Assembly (NCBI GenBank): GCA_010909165.1
Contig: MU008200.1
Span: 62,001 to 126,000 of the forward strand
Direction of reading: 5' to 3'
DNA from: Anthoceros angustus
Taxonomy: Eukaryota; Plantae; Anthocerotophyta
Length of the DNA: 64,000 bases
The notes below the pieces were generated by a model, which did not search any database, was not told where the DNA came from, and saw only the letters and a list, made by a program, of their open reading frames with translations. Shown piece after piece: positions 1-11,174 of the stretch (positions are counted from its first letter, which is position 1; the number at the start of each line of letters is the position of its first letter). A program made the translations under genes and the position numbers.

Positions 1-36
1 CAATCTGACCTTCACTAGGTTACGAAGGCATGAGTC

Positions 37-1558
37 TCACTTCAGCTTTGTACAGAATTTAGGGAGATCAATGAGGTGAATTCTAGGAACATCCTCTGCT
101 GCCTTTCTCTCGCTTTCTGTATTATAACCCCACGTCCCTAGAAGAAAATGAAACTGTCAGTTTAAGCACAAGTACACAGTCTTCAAACTTGGGGCGGGGG
201 CACAGCTCTCTACCTAAATACAGATTCCACTTGTCTAGATCATGTTCCTTGATAACGTTACGCAAAGTTGCAAGTCGGTCCTCCACAAAACTGCTTTACC
301 ATGGTACAACGACAGTCCCGTAGTCCAATTTGTCAGGCATGGAACACTGTGGAAGGAACCGCCACAGAAAGCAAATTCGGGAAACAACAGAACCACTCAC
401 TGCAGTGTCAATCCTTGATGTTCAGGTTGACTTTGGAGCTGCTTCAAAACCTCAACCTTAGGTCTGGGAGCACAGCAAGAAGAAAGTATCTCATGAGCAC
501 AATTTGAAAGAGAAACAACAGGAGAGACTAACAGAGTAAAGTTGGTTACCCGGATCCCAGTCCATAAATCCTTTCAGTTGGAAACTCCACGGCAGCCAAT
601 TCTTTAAGCAAAGCAGCAGCAAACCGAGTCTGGACATGGGGCATCAACCTGTTTAGCCGGCAGTAATGGAGCAGGGCAGCTCCTAAGAAGGAAAGAGGGC
701 AGCCACCTGCTTGGTCGTGACAATGTACAGCTCAGACGTTGAGAACTTCAGGGAGTCTGCAACACCAGGATAGAACCTGCCGGCCTTACAAGGCGTTACA
801 CCACCTTCTGAAAAAGGCCGTGCGATGTGCAACCTGTGATTTGAAGAGCAAGATGTGTCACCTGTTGGCAGCAATCCACCCGTGCAAGTCTTCCGCTATC
901 CACTGGTCTCTGACATTGCCAAACAGTTCCACCAGCTCCTTCATATCATTCTCGTTCCAGTCCTCCATGACGGACGCTTTCAAAATCTCCCATTTTTCCA
1001 AGATATCTTCCACTCTGAGCCCTTCTGCCACCTTCCCCACAACCCACATGAGAAGCACTGGTGGAGACAACCGCAAACAACTTCGAATGAAGAAAAGACT
1101 AGGCAGTCGATCTAGATGCACGCATTACTTTCGACCGCCGAATCTGTGGACGTCGCAACTCCAACAACAACCTCACAAGCAAGAGGTTCTCATACCCAGT
1201 CTCCACCACGGGCCGCACCTGAACATGTGCAAGCACACTTGAGCAACCCAACACAAACGGGATCGTGACGCAGCGAGTTCTTCAAAATCCACAGCTTACG
1301 GTTCGCATGTTATCCAACAGCCATGCCTCCAGCTCCTCATCAACGTCTTTGAAGATCTCTGGCCACCTTACTTTCGCTGCCTGCAAACAACCCACAAGAA
1401 GGAAGCATTGGGAATCCCAAATTGAGTGTGAGCTGGAGCACAGCCATGCAATGCGATGCAATACTGGGCTGAGGTGAAACCTTAATGGCGGACAAGGACG
1501 ATTCCCCGCAGCTGTCACATAGCACTCCATCGAAATCCAGTGCATAGAGATGCCCCAT
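37..1558 (-). CDS. Conserved plant HAD-superfamily-like protein (At2g45990-like), multi-exon
   Basis: Exon 1 (1558-1481) reads MGHLYALDFDGVLCDSCGESSLSAIK (DxDGV HAD motif I). Later exons give AAKVRWP, RPVVETGYENLLLVRLL, WIAANRFYPGV, YIVTTKQ, FVEDRL and WGYNT, with GT-AG introns. Stop at 37-39. Confidence 0.9.
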
Positions 1559-1744
1559 GCCTGATGTGTCCTGCAGACGAGAAATCTCGGCGAGTTTCAC
1601 TGAAACGAGTACATAGGCATACATAAAAGGAAATAACATCAACCGTTGTTTAGGAGCAAACCTACCAAAGAGAGGCCAGCAGTACAAGGACCTCTAATAG
1701 AAGAGCTGTGTTACGTTATTCCCGTTGTTGGTGGCGAGGGTACC

Positions 1745-2415
1745 ATGTCGAGCAGCAGCGCGGTTCCGCCATGGCGTCAGCCCAAGCCTCCGGAAAAGAA
1801 GGACCAGTACAAGCATCTGAACATGAAGGCTGTGAAGGAGCCCGGGCAGGCAGCCGTTATGTACGCCCCACCTGCGAGCAAGAAGGGCGCGCAGAAAGCC
1901 ACGACAGAGACCGACGAGACCATGTTCGATTTTGATCCGGAGCTCAAACTTGCTTTCCAGAGGAATTTCCAGGTTTGAGCCAAACGCTGGGGGCTTTCAT
2001 GTGCTTGCAGAAGCGCCTTCTGTTTCGGAGGGGCTTGGCAGATGCTTCTTCTCATGGCTGCAGTTGGATAGCTTCATTTCGAGGCTTGAAATCCTCCAGT
2101 TCGGCTAACCGGTGTCTTTCTAGCTGTTGCAGTTCTTGAGGAGAGCTATTAGTGTTGACACGCTGGTCAGCCCGCTACCAGCACCCCTAGCGCAGAGCAT
2201 AGCCAGGAACCTGGGCTTCTTCACTCGCATTTTCACACAGTTTTTCGGTAAGTAGGGTTTGGACTTGGAATGCTGCGTTGTGGTAGTGTCAGCAGGCCTG
2301 ATTCTGGTTTCCCTTCTTCTGCTTCGCAGATCCCAAGGGCATTCAGAATGTGAGGAAGACTATTGGGATCGGCCAAGACGATGTAAGGACAAATGTTAGC
2401 AGCGAGGAGGAGTGA
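1745..2415 (+). CDS. Small conserved plant protein of unknown function, 3 exons (1745-1972, 2133-2247, 2330-2415)
   Basis: Spliced product ...DPELKLAFQRNFQ|FLRRAISVDTLVSPLP...RNLGFFTRIFTQFF|DPKGIQNVRKTIG resembles a conserved angiosperm unknown protein. Canonical GT-AG sites in consistent phase. The last exon end is less certain. Confidence 0.75.
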
Positions 2416-3465
2416 CCAGGGCGGGATTGAGACTGAAAGCAGAAGACCCCGGAAACGGGACCAACTTTTCCGTGTATTATTCCACCTAACTGTACTGCCT
2501 CACTGCTTTCAAGGCAGTCATCTCCTGCCCTATTTGATTGCTGTTCTACGCTCCTTTGAAGTGGCAGTATGTATCTCGGACGAACTGGAGAGCTGTTTCG
2601 GGCCCCTTGCACTGCCGAGGGGCTGTCAGTTTTTCGGTGGCACTGTACAGTGATGGATGGACTGCATACCTAGATTGCAAAACTTGTGTCAATGGTGGAC
2701 AGATTGAGATCTTCCCTTACAATTACATGCTCATCCTGCTACGTTGAGTCCGTTATTGATCATGTTACCTACATGATCCGAGGTCTTGAAAACTCGATAA
2801 GGGAACCCCAGGCAAGACCTCTTATCCCTTTTCGTATGGTGACAAGCAAACTTTGCCTGCGTGTCTTGTTCCATGTCGGCCTCCCTCATAAAGCCTTTTG
2901 TTGATGTATCGTTCATTTATCCCCTTGCTGTGTGGCCAATGAGAGATCGAGATCTCCACCCGGAATTCCGTAGCCCCTATGATGACATGGCCGAGAGTGG
3001 ATGAGAGGTTTCCGGTCCGGCCAATGCGGTTGAGCCTAGCCTGCTTCCATCCACATGCCTGCGGTCGCAGATTTGGACGTCGCGACGAGCCGGTGGTCGG
3101 CGGCCAGCGGTCGCGGGTACGGCAGCGATGGAGAATGCGCGCTCTCGCTGCTAGTAATCAGTTGTCATTCTTCCGCTGACGCCTCCCGATCGTCCACTCT
3201 CGTCTGGTGCGCAATCCTGTCCTGTCAGAAAACTTGTGAATGTGAGAGGGAGCCTGCGGATTCCTCAGCAACGCAGCTGATCGTTTGCGAGAAACTTTTT
3301 GCTGCCTTTGTGGTGAAGGCGTTGAGCCGCCGAGATTCTGCTCCTGGCGTTGTTGGAGAAGCGTGGAAGATAGTCGTTTGTTTTCTAGCTTCTGCGGAAG
3401 CGGGGAGAACCTTGAAGGCGCTGGTGTCTGCTGTCTAGAGGGAGAGATTTCTGCGCATTGGTGAG

Positions 3466-4293
3466 ATGCAAGGCTATGCGGTAGCTGCGTGCCGCAGCCC
3501 AGCCGCCTTGGTGAATGTAGGGGGCAGCTGTAGCGGGAGCGGGGGGAGCAAGGGCTTGTCGCGCAGCCCGAGCTTGAGCCCGGTGCAACAGCAGCTGCAA
3601 TGGAGGTGCGGGGCGGACGGCATGGCAGCCGCTGCGCCAATGCAGCAGCAGCAGAATCAACAGCAGCAGCGGTGGAGCGCGGCAGCGCAGGCCTTCTCGG
3701 GCTCGGCCTCGGTGCAGAGCTCGCAAAACGGGGCTATGGCGGAGGAGGAGGACGCGCGCGGGGTGTCTTACGCGCCGCTGCAGCGCATGCTGCAGGCCGG
3801 GGAGTGGGAGGCAGCGGACGGGGAGACCCGGCGCCTGCTCATCGTGCTGGCCGGGGAGAGCGCCGTGAAGCGGAAATGGGTGTACTATACCGAGGTGCAG
3901 TTCATTCCGGAGCAGGACCTCAAGACCATCGACAGCCTGTGGCGGCAACACAGCAACGGTAAATTCGGGTACAGCGTGCAGCGCAGGATCTGGAACAGCG
4001 TGGACCGGAACTACACCCGGTTCTTCAAGAAGGTGGCCTGGACCAGGCCGCTCAACGACAAAGTGGAGGCGTACAAGAAGTTCCCCATGGAATTCAGCTG
4101 GGATGTGAATGATCCTACTCCGCCAGGCCACCTCCCTCTCACCAACTGCTTGAGAGGCACGCAGCTGCTGAAGAACGTGCTGGATCACCCTGCCTTTACC
4201 GAGGCGGATGAGGAGGAGGCCAGCCTCGTCCCCAAGTCCACCGCTGACCTCAAGTCCTTGATGGGAGCTTCCAGCTTGAAGGGCTTGTTTTAG
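3466..4293 (+). CDS. GUN4: GUN4 tetrapyrrole-binding protein (Mg-chelatase activator), chloroplast, intronless
   Basis: Motifs WEAADGETRRLLIVLAGE, DLKTIDSLWRQHSNGKFGYSVQRRIW and PPGHLPLTNCLRGTQLL, with an S/A/Q-rich transit-peptide-like N-terminus. Confidence 0.96.
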   Translation: MQGYAVAACRSPAALVNVGGSCSGSGGSKGLSRSPSLSPVQQQLQWRCGADGMAAAAPMQQQQNQQQQRWSAAAQAFSGSASVQSSQNGAMAEEEDARGVSYAPLQRMLQAGEWEAADGETRRLLIVLAGESAVKRKWVYYTEVQFIPEQDLKTIDSLWRQHSNGKFGYSVQRRIWNSVDRNYTRFFKKVAWTRPLNDKVEAYKKFPMEFSWDVNDPTPPGHLPLTNCLRGTQLLKNVLDHPAFTEADEEEASLVPKSTADLKSLMGASSLKGLF

Positions 4294-5056
4294 TCCCTGT
4301 TGTAAAGTATGTCCGAGCAGATTCTATGCATGCTATTTCTTGTGTAGGACATGAGCTCTGGGTAGGGCAAGGGTCTCACTCTTTCCAGCTATGGCATGTA
4401 ATGTAGGAACGTTCGTGCTCACTTGTGATGGGGAAGCAAAAGCATGCGCAGGCAAACGTTCTCCTTAACTTTAACAATTCAAGATGTCACGGTGCATTCT
4501 GTTTTGAAACCCCCTTCCCTGTTCCGTCTACCAGTCCCATGGAAGTTGTTGTCACTCACCAGGCATTCTGCTCTTGAACTCTTCAGAGTGAAGAAAATGT
4601 GTAGGTTCGTGAACCGGGAAATGTACGACATTGCAATCTGCAATTCTCGTGGTGCATAGTGTTTCCAAATGGCGAGTTTGCCTGAACCTGATGAACCTCA
4701 ACCTTGACGACAGATGTCCTACGCGGGCCGAAGCACCAGCAACCGAGACGATAAAATCGCACGACGCTGTTCTGGCCCTTCCTATTACGGTACTGTTCTT
4801 TTATTTACCTTGTTCATTTGATTTTAAAAATCTCTAGAGAAGGGGGCTGGGTAGTGGAAGATACTAAAGACGGCACTTTGTAGGACGAACAGTCCACGGC
4901 CACGTGGGACAGGAGCCTACGTAGTAAGGTTACGGTACGGTGCGAATTTCTACATACCGTTATCAGTGCTTGGGTCGACAAACATGGCCAACAGCTAGCG
5001 ATCCATGTAGCCTGCAATCGGTGTTACTTCGACCTTTAGCCTTTTGAAGTGTGTTG

Positions 5057-8000
5057 TTAGGGCATGGGCGTTCTGCACAAGTCAAGATGGGATACAGATT
5101 CTTCCTCCTTCACTTTCGAAAGTAGTTGGTTCAGTCTTGCTTGGCTTGTGGGATGCGTCTCATCCCCAGCCACGAAACTATGCACCACTCCGTCCATGTC
5201 TGCCCACCAGCTTTGACCCGGCTGCTTCCATGCCCTGATCCCTTTCCTCATAGCCTGCACCTTTTGTGCCTGCTCCCACATCCGGGCACCGGTGTATATG
5301 TTGGACATCAACACATATGCTGCAGCATCTGTCTTGTCTAGTTTGAGTGCTTGGTCAAAAGCATGGCGTCCCACCTCCACGTTGTTCCACTTTTGACAAG
5401 CACCCAACAGAGTGTGCCAAACGGCAGCATTAGGCGGTGTAGGCATTGTCCTTACCACAGCCAGCGCCTCATCCAGATGGCCTGCACGGCCTAGGAGGTC
5501 TACCATGCATGTGTAGTGCTCTGCCGTGGGTGAGATGCCGTAGTCTCTGCTCATTGCATCGAAGTACTCTCGCCCCTTGTTTACTAAACTCGCATGACTG
5601 CAGGCTGTTAGAATACTGAGGAATGTGATGCCAACTGGCTGTAAGCCAGACTCTCTCATTCGCCGGAGCAGGTCAAAGACCACTTCACTGTCTCCTTGAG
5701 AGGCGTAGCCAGCAATCAGTGCACTCCAGGTGACGACATCCTTTTCAGGCAAGGCATTAAAAACCTCCCTTGCATCAACCATGCTCCCAGACTTTCCATA
5801 CATGTTTATCAAACTGCCAGCTACAAACAGGTCATCTTGAAGGCCTTGTTCTTTGATCTGGGCATGTAGCTGCCTTCCCAGATGCACAGCTGCCACAGTT
5901 GCACATGCCTGTAAGAGGCACACAAATGTCACAGGATCAGGTCTAGCAAGGCCTTCTTCCTGCATGGCAATGAAAAGAGCCAGGGCTTCCTGCACCATTC
6001 CCTGCTGGGCATATGCTGCAATAATGGCGTTCCATGTCACCACATCTTTTCGACCAAGTCCGTCAAAGATGATCTGGGCATCTTCCAAGCTCCCACACTT
6101 GGCATACATGTTCACCAAACTGTTGGCTACAAACACATCAGCTTCATGCCCTAGTTCTGTAATCTGCATATGAAGCTGCTTCCCCGTCTCCAAAGCTGGG
6201 GAGCCCACGGTTGCACATGCCTGGAGAAGGCACGAAAAAGCGATGGGATCGAGCGCAACCATGGCCTCTTGTTGCATGGCTTTGTAAAGTTGAAGGGCTT
6301 CCTGCCCCATGCCCTGCTGGGAATATCCTGCAATCATGGCAATCCACGTCACAATGTCTTTCAGACCAAGTCCATCAAACACTCTCTGAGCGTCTTCCAA
6401 GCTGCCACACTTTGCATACATGTTCACCAAACTGTTGGCTACAAGCACATCAGCTTGATGTCCTCGTTCTCTAATTTGAGTGTGGAGCAGCCTCCCCTTC
6501 TCCAAAGCTCGGGCACCCACACTGGCACATGCCTGCAGGAGGCACACAAATGTCACGGAATCAGGTACAGCAATGCCTTCTTCCTGCATAGCACTGTAGA
6601 GACCAAGAGCTTCCTGCCCCATGCCCTGCTGGGAATATCCTGCTATCATGGCAGTCCATGTCACCACATCTTTCGACCAAGTCCGTCAAAGATGATCTGG
6701 GCATCTTCCAAGCTCCCACACTTGGCATACATGTTCACCAAACTGTTGGCTACAAACACATCAGCTTCATGCCCTAGTTCTGTAATCTGCATATGAAGCT
6801 GCTTCCCCGTCTCCAAAGCTGGGGAGCCCACGGTTGCACATGCCTGGAGAAGGCACGAAAAAGCGATGGGATCGAGCGCAACCATGGCCTCTTGTTGCAT
6901 GGCTTTGTAAAGTTGAAGGGCTTCCTGCCCCATGCCCTGCTGGGAATATCCTGCAATCATGGCAATCCACGTCACAATGTCTTTCAGACCAAGTCCATCA
7001 AACACTCTCTGAGCGTCTTCCAAGCTGCCACACTTTGCATACATGTTCACCAAACTGTTGGCTACAAGCACATCAGCTTGATGTCCTCGTTCTCTAATTT
7101 GAGTGTGGAGCAGCCTCCCCTTCTCCAAAGCTCGGGCACCCACACTGGCACATGCCTGCAGGAGGCACACAAATGTCACGGAATCAGGTACAGCAATGCC
7201 TTCTTCCTGCATAGCACTGTAGAGACCAAGAGCTTCCTGCCCCATCCCCTGCTGGGAATATCCTGCTATCATGGCAGTCCACATTACCACGTCCTTTTGA
7301 CCAAGTCCGTCAAACACTCTCTGGGCGTCTTCCAAGCTCCCGCACTTTGCGTACATGTTCACCAAACTGGTGCCGATAAATTCATCAGCTCCGTGTCCCC
7401 GTTCTCTAATGTGAGCATGGAGCTGCTTTCCTTTCTCCAAACCTTGGGTGCCCACACTCGCACATGCCTGCAGAAGGCACACAAATGTAACAGAATTAGG
7501 TACAGCAATGCCTTCTTCTTGCATAGCACTGTAAAGCTGAAGCGCTTTGTGGCCCATGCCCTGCAGTGAATATCCTGCAATCATGGCATTCCACGTTGCC
7601 ACATCTTTTTTAACAAGCCCGTCAAACAAGGCCTGAGCATACTCCAAGCTGCCACACTTCGCATACATGTTCACCAGACTGCTGGCTACAAACGAATCAG
7701 CTTCATTGCCTCGTTCTCTAATCTGCGCATGCAGCTGCTTTCCTTTCTCCAAAGCTGGGGCGCCCATGCTTGCACATGCCTGCAGTAGGCACACAAATGT
7801 CACTGTATCAGGCATAATCAGGCCTTCTTCTTGCATAGCGGTGTAAAGACCAAAGGCCTCATGCCCCATGCCCTGCTGGGAATAACCTGCCAACATGGCA
7901 TTCCAAGTCACCACATCTTTTCGACCAAGTCCATCAAACACTTTTTTCGCGGCTTCCAAGCTGCCACACTTCGAATACATATCGACCAAGCAATTACAGA

Positions 8001-8946
8001 CAAACAAATCAGACTCAGCCCCACTGCCCAACAAATCTGCATGCAGCTCCTGTCCAGTTTTCAAGTTCCCTCCCCTTGCGCAAGCCTGAAGGGCAGCCAC
8101 AAAGACATGCCCATCTGGCTTCACGCTTGATCTACGCATGCGATGATATAGTTGTACAGCCTGCTTGTTTTGCCCTTGTTTAACATAAGCAGAAATTATG
8201 GAGGACCACATGAAGGCATCTGGTTCAACGACGGCTTCAAACACATCCATCGCGTCCTGCAACTTGCCATGAGAAGCATACATCCGCAAGATGTGGTTGC
8301 ACAGGAACGTGTCGGACTCATACCCCTTTCTCACCGTCAAAGCATGGACGCGGCGACCAAGAGTTAGATCCTTCTTGACTACACATTCCTTCAGGACAGC
8401 GTAAAAGCGAGATCTCGGAACACGAGAGTCTGTCTTCACCAGAACTCCCAAAGCCTCAATCGCCTGAGCTAGATGGCCTTGATGACACAGGGTGCTCACG
8501 GTTTCAGCAGTTACGCTGCTTTCAAATCCTGTACGCCTGCCAGACTCAGAATCGTCCAGCAAGCTCCGACTGGATTTGGAGGCCCCACGACTCGTCTCCA
8601 TATTCAAAGAAACAAGCTGCCCATCCAGGCAGTCCAGCTTGTAGAATTTTTCCGCCCAGAGAACCTCCTGGAACTCCTCCTGCTGGAAATCGGGTCGACG
8701 CGTGCGCGTCATACTTTGCCTGTAATCCCGCCGAAGTATGCTCGAAAATCCATTCCCACCAAGATATCCTCTTGGCCGGGCTGTGTTACTGGCGAATCTG
8801 CTGCACCTCACAGTTTGCTCCCTTGAAGTCAGGCGAGCATGAGCTCTCCGTCGCTGATCTGCTAATCCGCCAACTCGCTGGGTCCACGAAAACTGTGCCC
8901 ACAACGGATTCTGTTGCCCGTCAAGTGACTCAATTGCAACAGCCAT
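5057..8946 (-). CDS. PLS-class PPR RNA-editing factor A with E1/E2 and a truncated DYW:WW (PGQSWW) C-terminus; 1-nt frameshift at ~6671
   Basis: ORFs 6661-9000 and 5057-6667 join if TTT at 6671-6673 is TTTT as in the duplicate at 6047-6050. 104-aa P-L-S triplets, then P2-L2-S2-E1-E2 and KQPGQSWWADMDGVVHSFVAGD. It stops before any HxE motif. First ATG (MAVAIE) at 8946. Confidence 0.88.
6031..7281. repeat. Near-perfect 624-bp tandem duplication equal to two PLS triplets
   Basis: 6031-6658 recurs at 6655-7281. I could see only one substitution and one homopolymer indel. Identical spurious ORFs at a 623-nt offset (6144/6767, 6211/6834) confirm it. Confidence 0.92.
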
Positions 8947-9026
8947 GGCTCGCAGATGGATGCATAAGGCACCCAGCCTTCCACCCTCCCGGCTCAGCAC
9001 CGGTGACCTTCACTACGAAGCATTTT

Positions 9027-11116
9027 CCAAGGCGCCACTGTTTGCATATCCTGCTATCATGGCAGTCCATGTCACCACATCTTTTCGACCAAGTCCGTCA
9101 AAGATGATCTGGGCATCTTCCAAGCTGCCACACTTTGCGTACATGTTCACCAAACTGTTGGCTACAAACACATCAGCTTGATGTCCTCGTTCTCTAATCT
9201 GCATGAAGCTGCTTCCCGTCTCCAAAGCTCAGGCACCCACACTGGCACATGCCTGCAGGAGGCACACAAATGTAACAGAATTAGGTACAGCAATGCCTTC
9301 TTCCTGCATAGCACTGTAGAGACCAAGAGCTTCCTGCCCCATGCCCTGCAGTGAATATCCTGCTATCATGGCAGTCCACATTACCACGTCCTTTTGACCA
9401 AGTCCATCAAACACTCTCTGAGCGTCTTCCAAGCTGCCACACTTTGCATACATGTTCACCAAACTGTTGGCTACAAACACATCAGCTTGATGTCCTCGTT
9501 CTCTAATCTGCGCATGCAGCTGCTTTCCTTCTCCAAACCTTGGGTGCCCACACTCGCACATGCCTGCAGGAGGCACACAAATGTAACAGAATTAGGTACA
9601 GCAATGCCTTCTTCTTGCATAGCACTGTAGAGACCAAGAGCTTCCTGCCCCATGCCCTGCTGGGAATATCCTGCAATCATGGCATTCCAAGTCACCACAT
9701 CTTTTCGACCAAGTCCGTCAAACACTCTCTGGGCGTCTTCCAAGCTGCCACACTTTGCATACATGTTCACCAAACTGTTGGCTACAAACACATCAGCTTG
9801 ATGTCCTCGTTCTCTAATCTGCATGAAGCTGCTTCCCGTCTCCAAAGCTCAGGTGCCCACACTAGCACATGCCTGTAGGAGGCACACAAATGTCACGGAA
9901 TCAGGTACAGCAATGCCTTCTTCTTGCATAGCACTGTATAGACGAAGGGCTTCCTGCCCCATGCCCTGCTGGGAATATCCTGCTATCATGGCATTCCACG
10001 TTGCCACATCTTTTCGACCAAGTCCGTCAAACACTCTCTGAGCGTCTTCCAAGCTGCCACACTTCGAATACATATCGACCAAGCAATTACAGACAAACAA
10101 ATCAGACTCAGCCCCACTGCCCAACAAATCTGCATGCAGCTCCTGTCCAGTTTTCAAGTTCCTCCTTGCGCAAGCCTGAAGGCAGCCACAAAGACATGCC
10201 CATCTGGCTTCACGCTTGATCTACGCATGCGATGATATAGTTGTACAGCCTGCTTGTTTTGCCCTTGTTTAACATAAGCAGAAATTATGGAGGACCACAT
10301 GAAGGCATCTGGTTCAACGACGGCTTCAAACACATCCATCGCGTCCTGCAACTTGCCATGAGAAGCATACATCCGCAAGATGTGGTTGCACAGGAACGTG
10401 TCGGACTCATACCCCTTTCTCACCGTCAAAGCATGGACGCGGCGACCAAGAGTTAGATCCTTCTTGACTACACATTCCTTCAGGACAGCGTAAAAGCGAG
10501 ATCTCGGAACACGAGAGTCTGTCTTCACCAGAACTCCCAAAGCCTCAATCGCCTGAGCTAGATGGCCTTGATGACACAGGGTGCTCACGGTTTCAGCAGT
10601 TACGCTGCTTTCAAATCCTGTACGCCTGCCAGACTCAGAATCGTCCAGCAAGCTCCGACTGGATTTGGAGGCCCCACGACTCGTCTCCATATTCAAAGAA
10701 ACAAGCTGCCCATCCAGGCAGTCCAGCTTGTAGAATTTTTCCGCCCAGAGAACCTCCTGGAACTCCTCCTGCTGGAAATCGGGTCGACGCGTGCGCGTCA
10801 TACTTGCCTGTAATCCCGCCGAAGTATGCTCGAAAATCCATTCCCACCAAGATATCCTCTTGGCCGGGCTGTGTTACTGGCGAATCTGCTGCACCTCACA
10901 GTTTGCTCCCTTGAAGTCAGGCGAGCATGAGCTCTCCGTCGCTGATCTGCTAATCCGCCAACTCGCTGGGTCCACGAAAACTGTGCCCACAACGGATTCT
11001 GTTGCCCGTCAAGTGACTCAATTGCAACAGCCATGGCTCGCAGATGGATGCATAAGGCACCCAGCCTTCCACCCTCCCGGCTCAGCACCGGTGACCTTCA
11101 CTACGAAGCATTTTTC
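9027..11116 (-). pseudogene. Truncated, frameshifted tandem copy of PPR gene A (5' region plus ~4 mosaic PLS triplets), or an assembly duplicate
   Basis: About 7930-9026 is repeated almost identically at +2088/2089 (ATG 8946 vs 11034). Several 1-nt deletions split it into short ORFs. No E or DYW region. Confidence 0.75.
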
Positions 11117-11174
11117 ATGACGCTAAGGGCTTAGTCCTCGATCCCAGCAGAAATCCAGGGATTTGCGACCTGTC

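Noticed and set aside
3158-4188. Long antisense or alternate-frame ORFs over GUN4 (and similarly over 51726-52782)
   Set aside because: Shadow ORFs of GC-rich coding sequence.
4900-5056. DYW remnant downstream of the PPR A stop (CRLHGSLAVGH; ITVCRN)
   Set aside because: The resemblance to CGHSEKLAVAY is too weak and interrupted by stops to claim.
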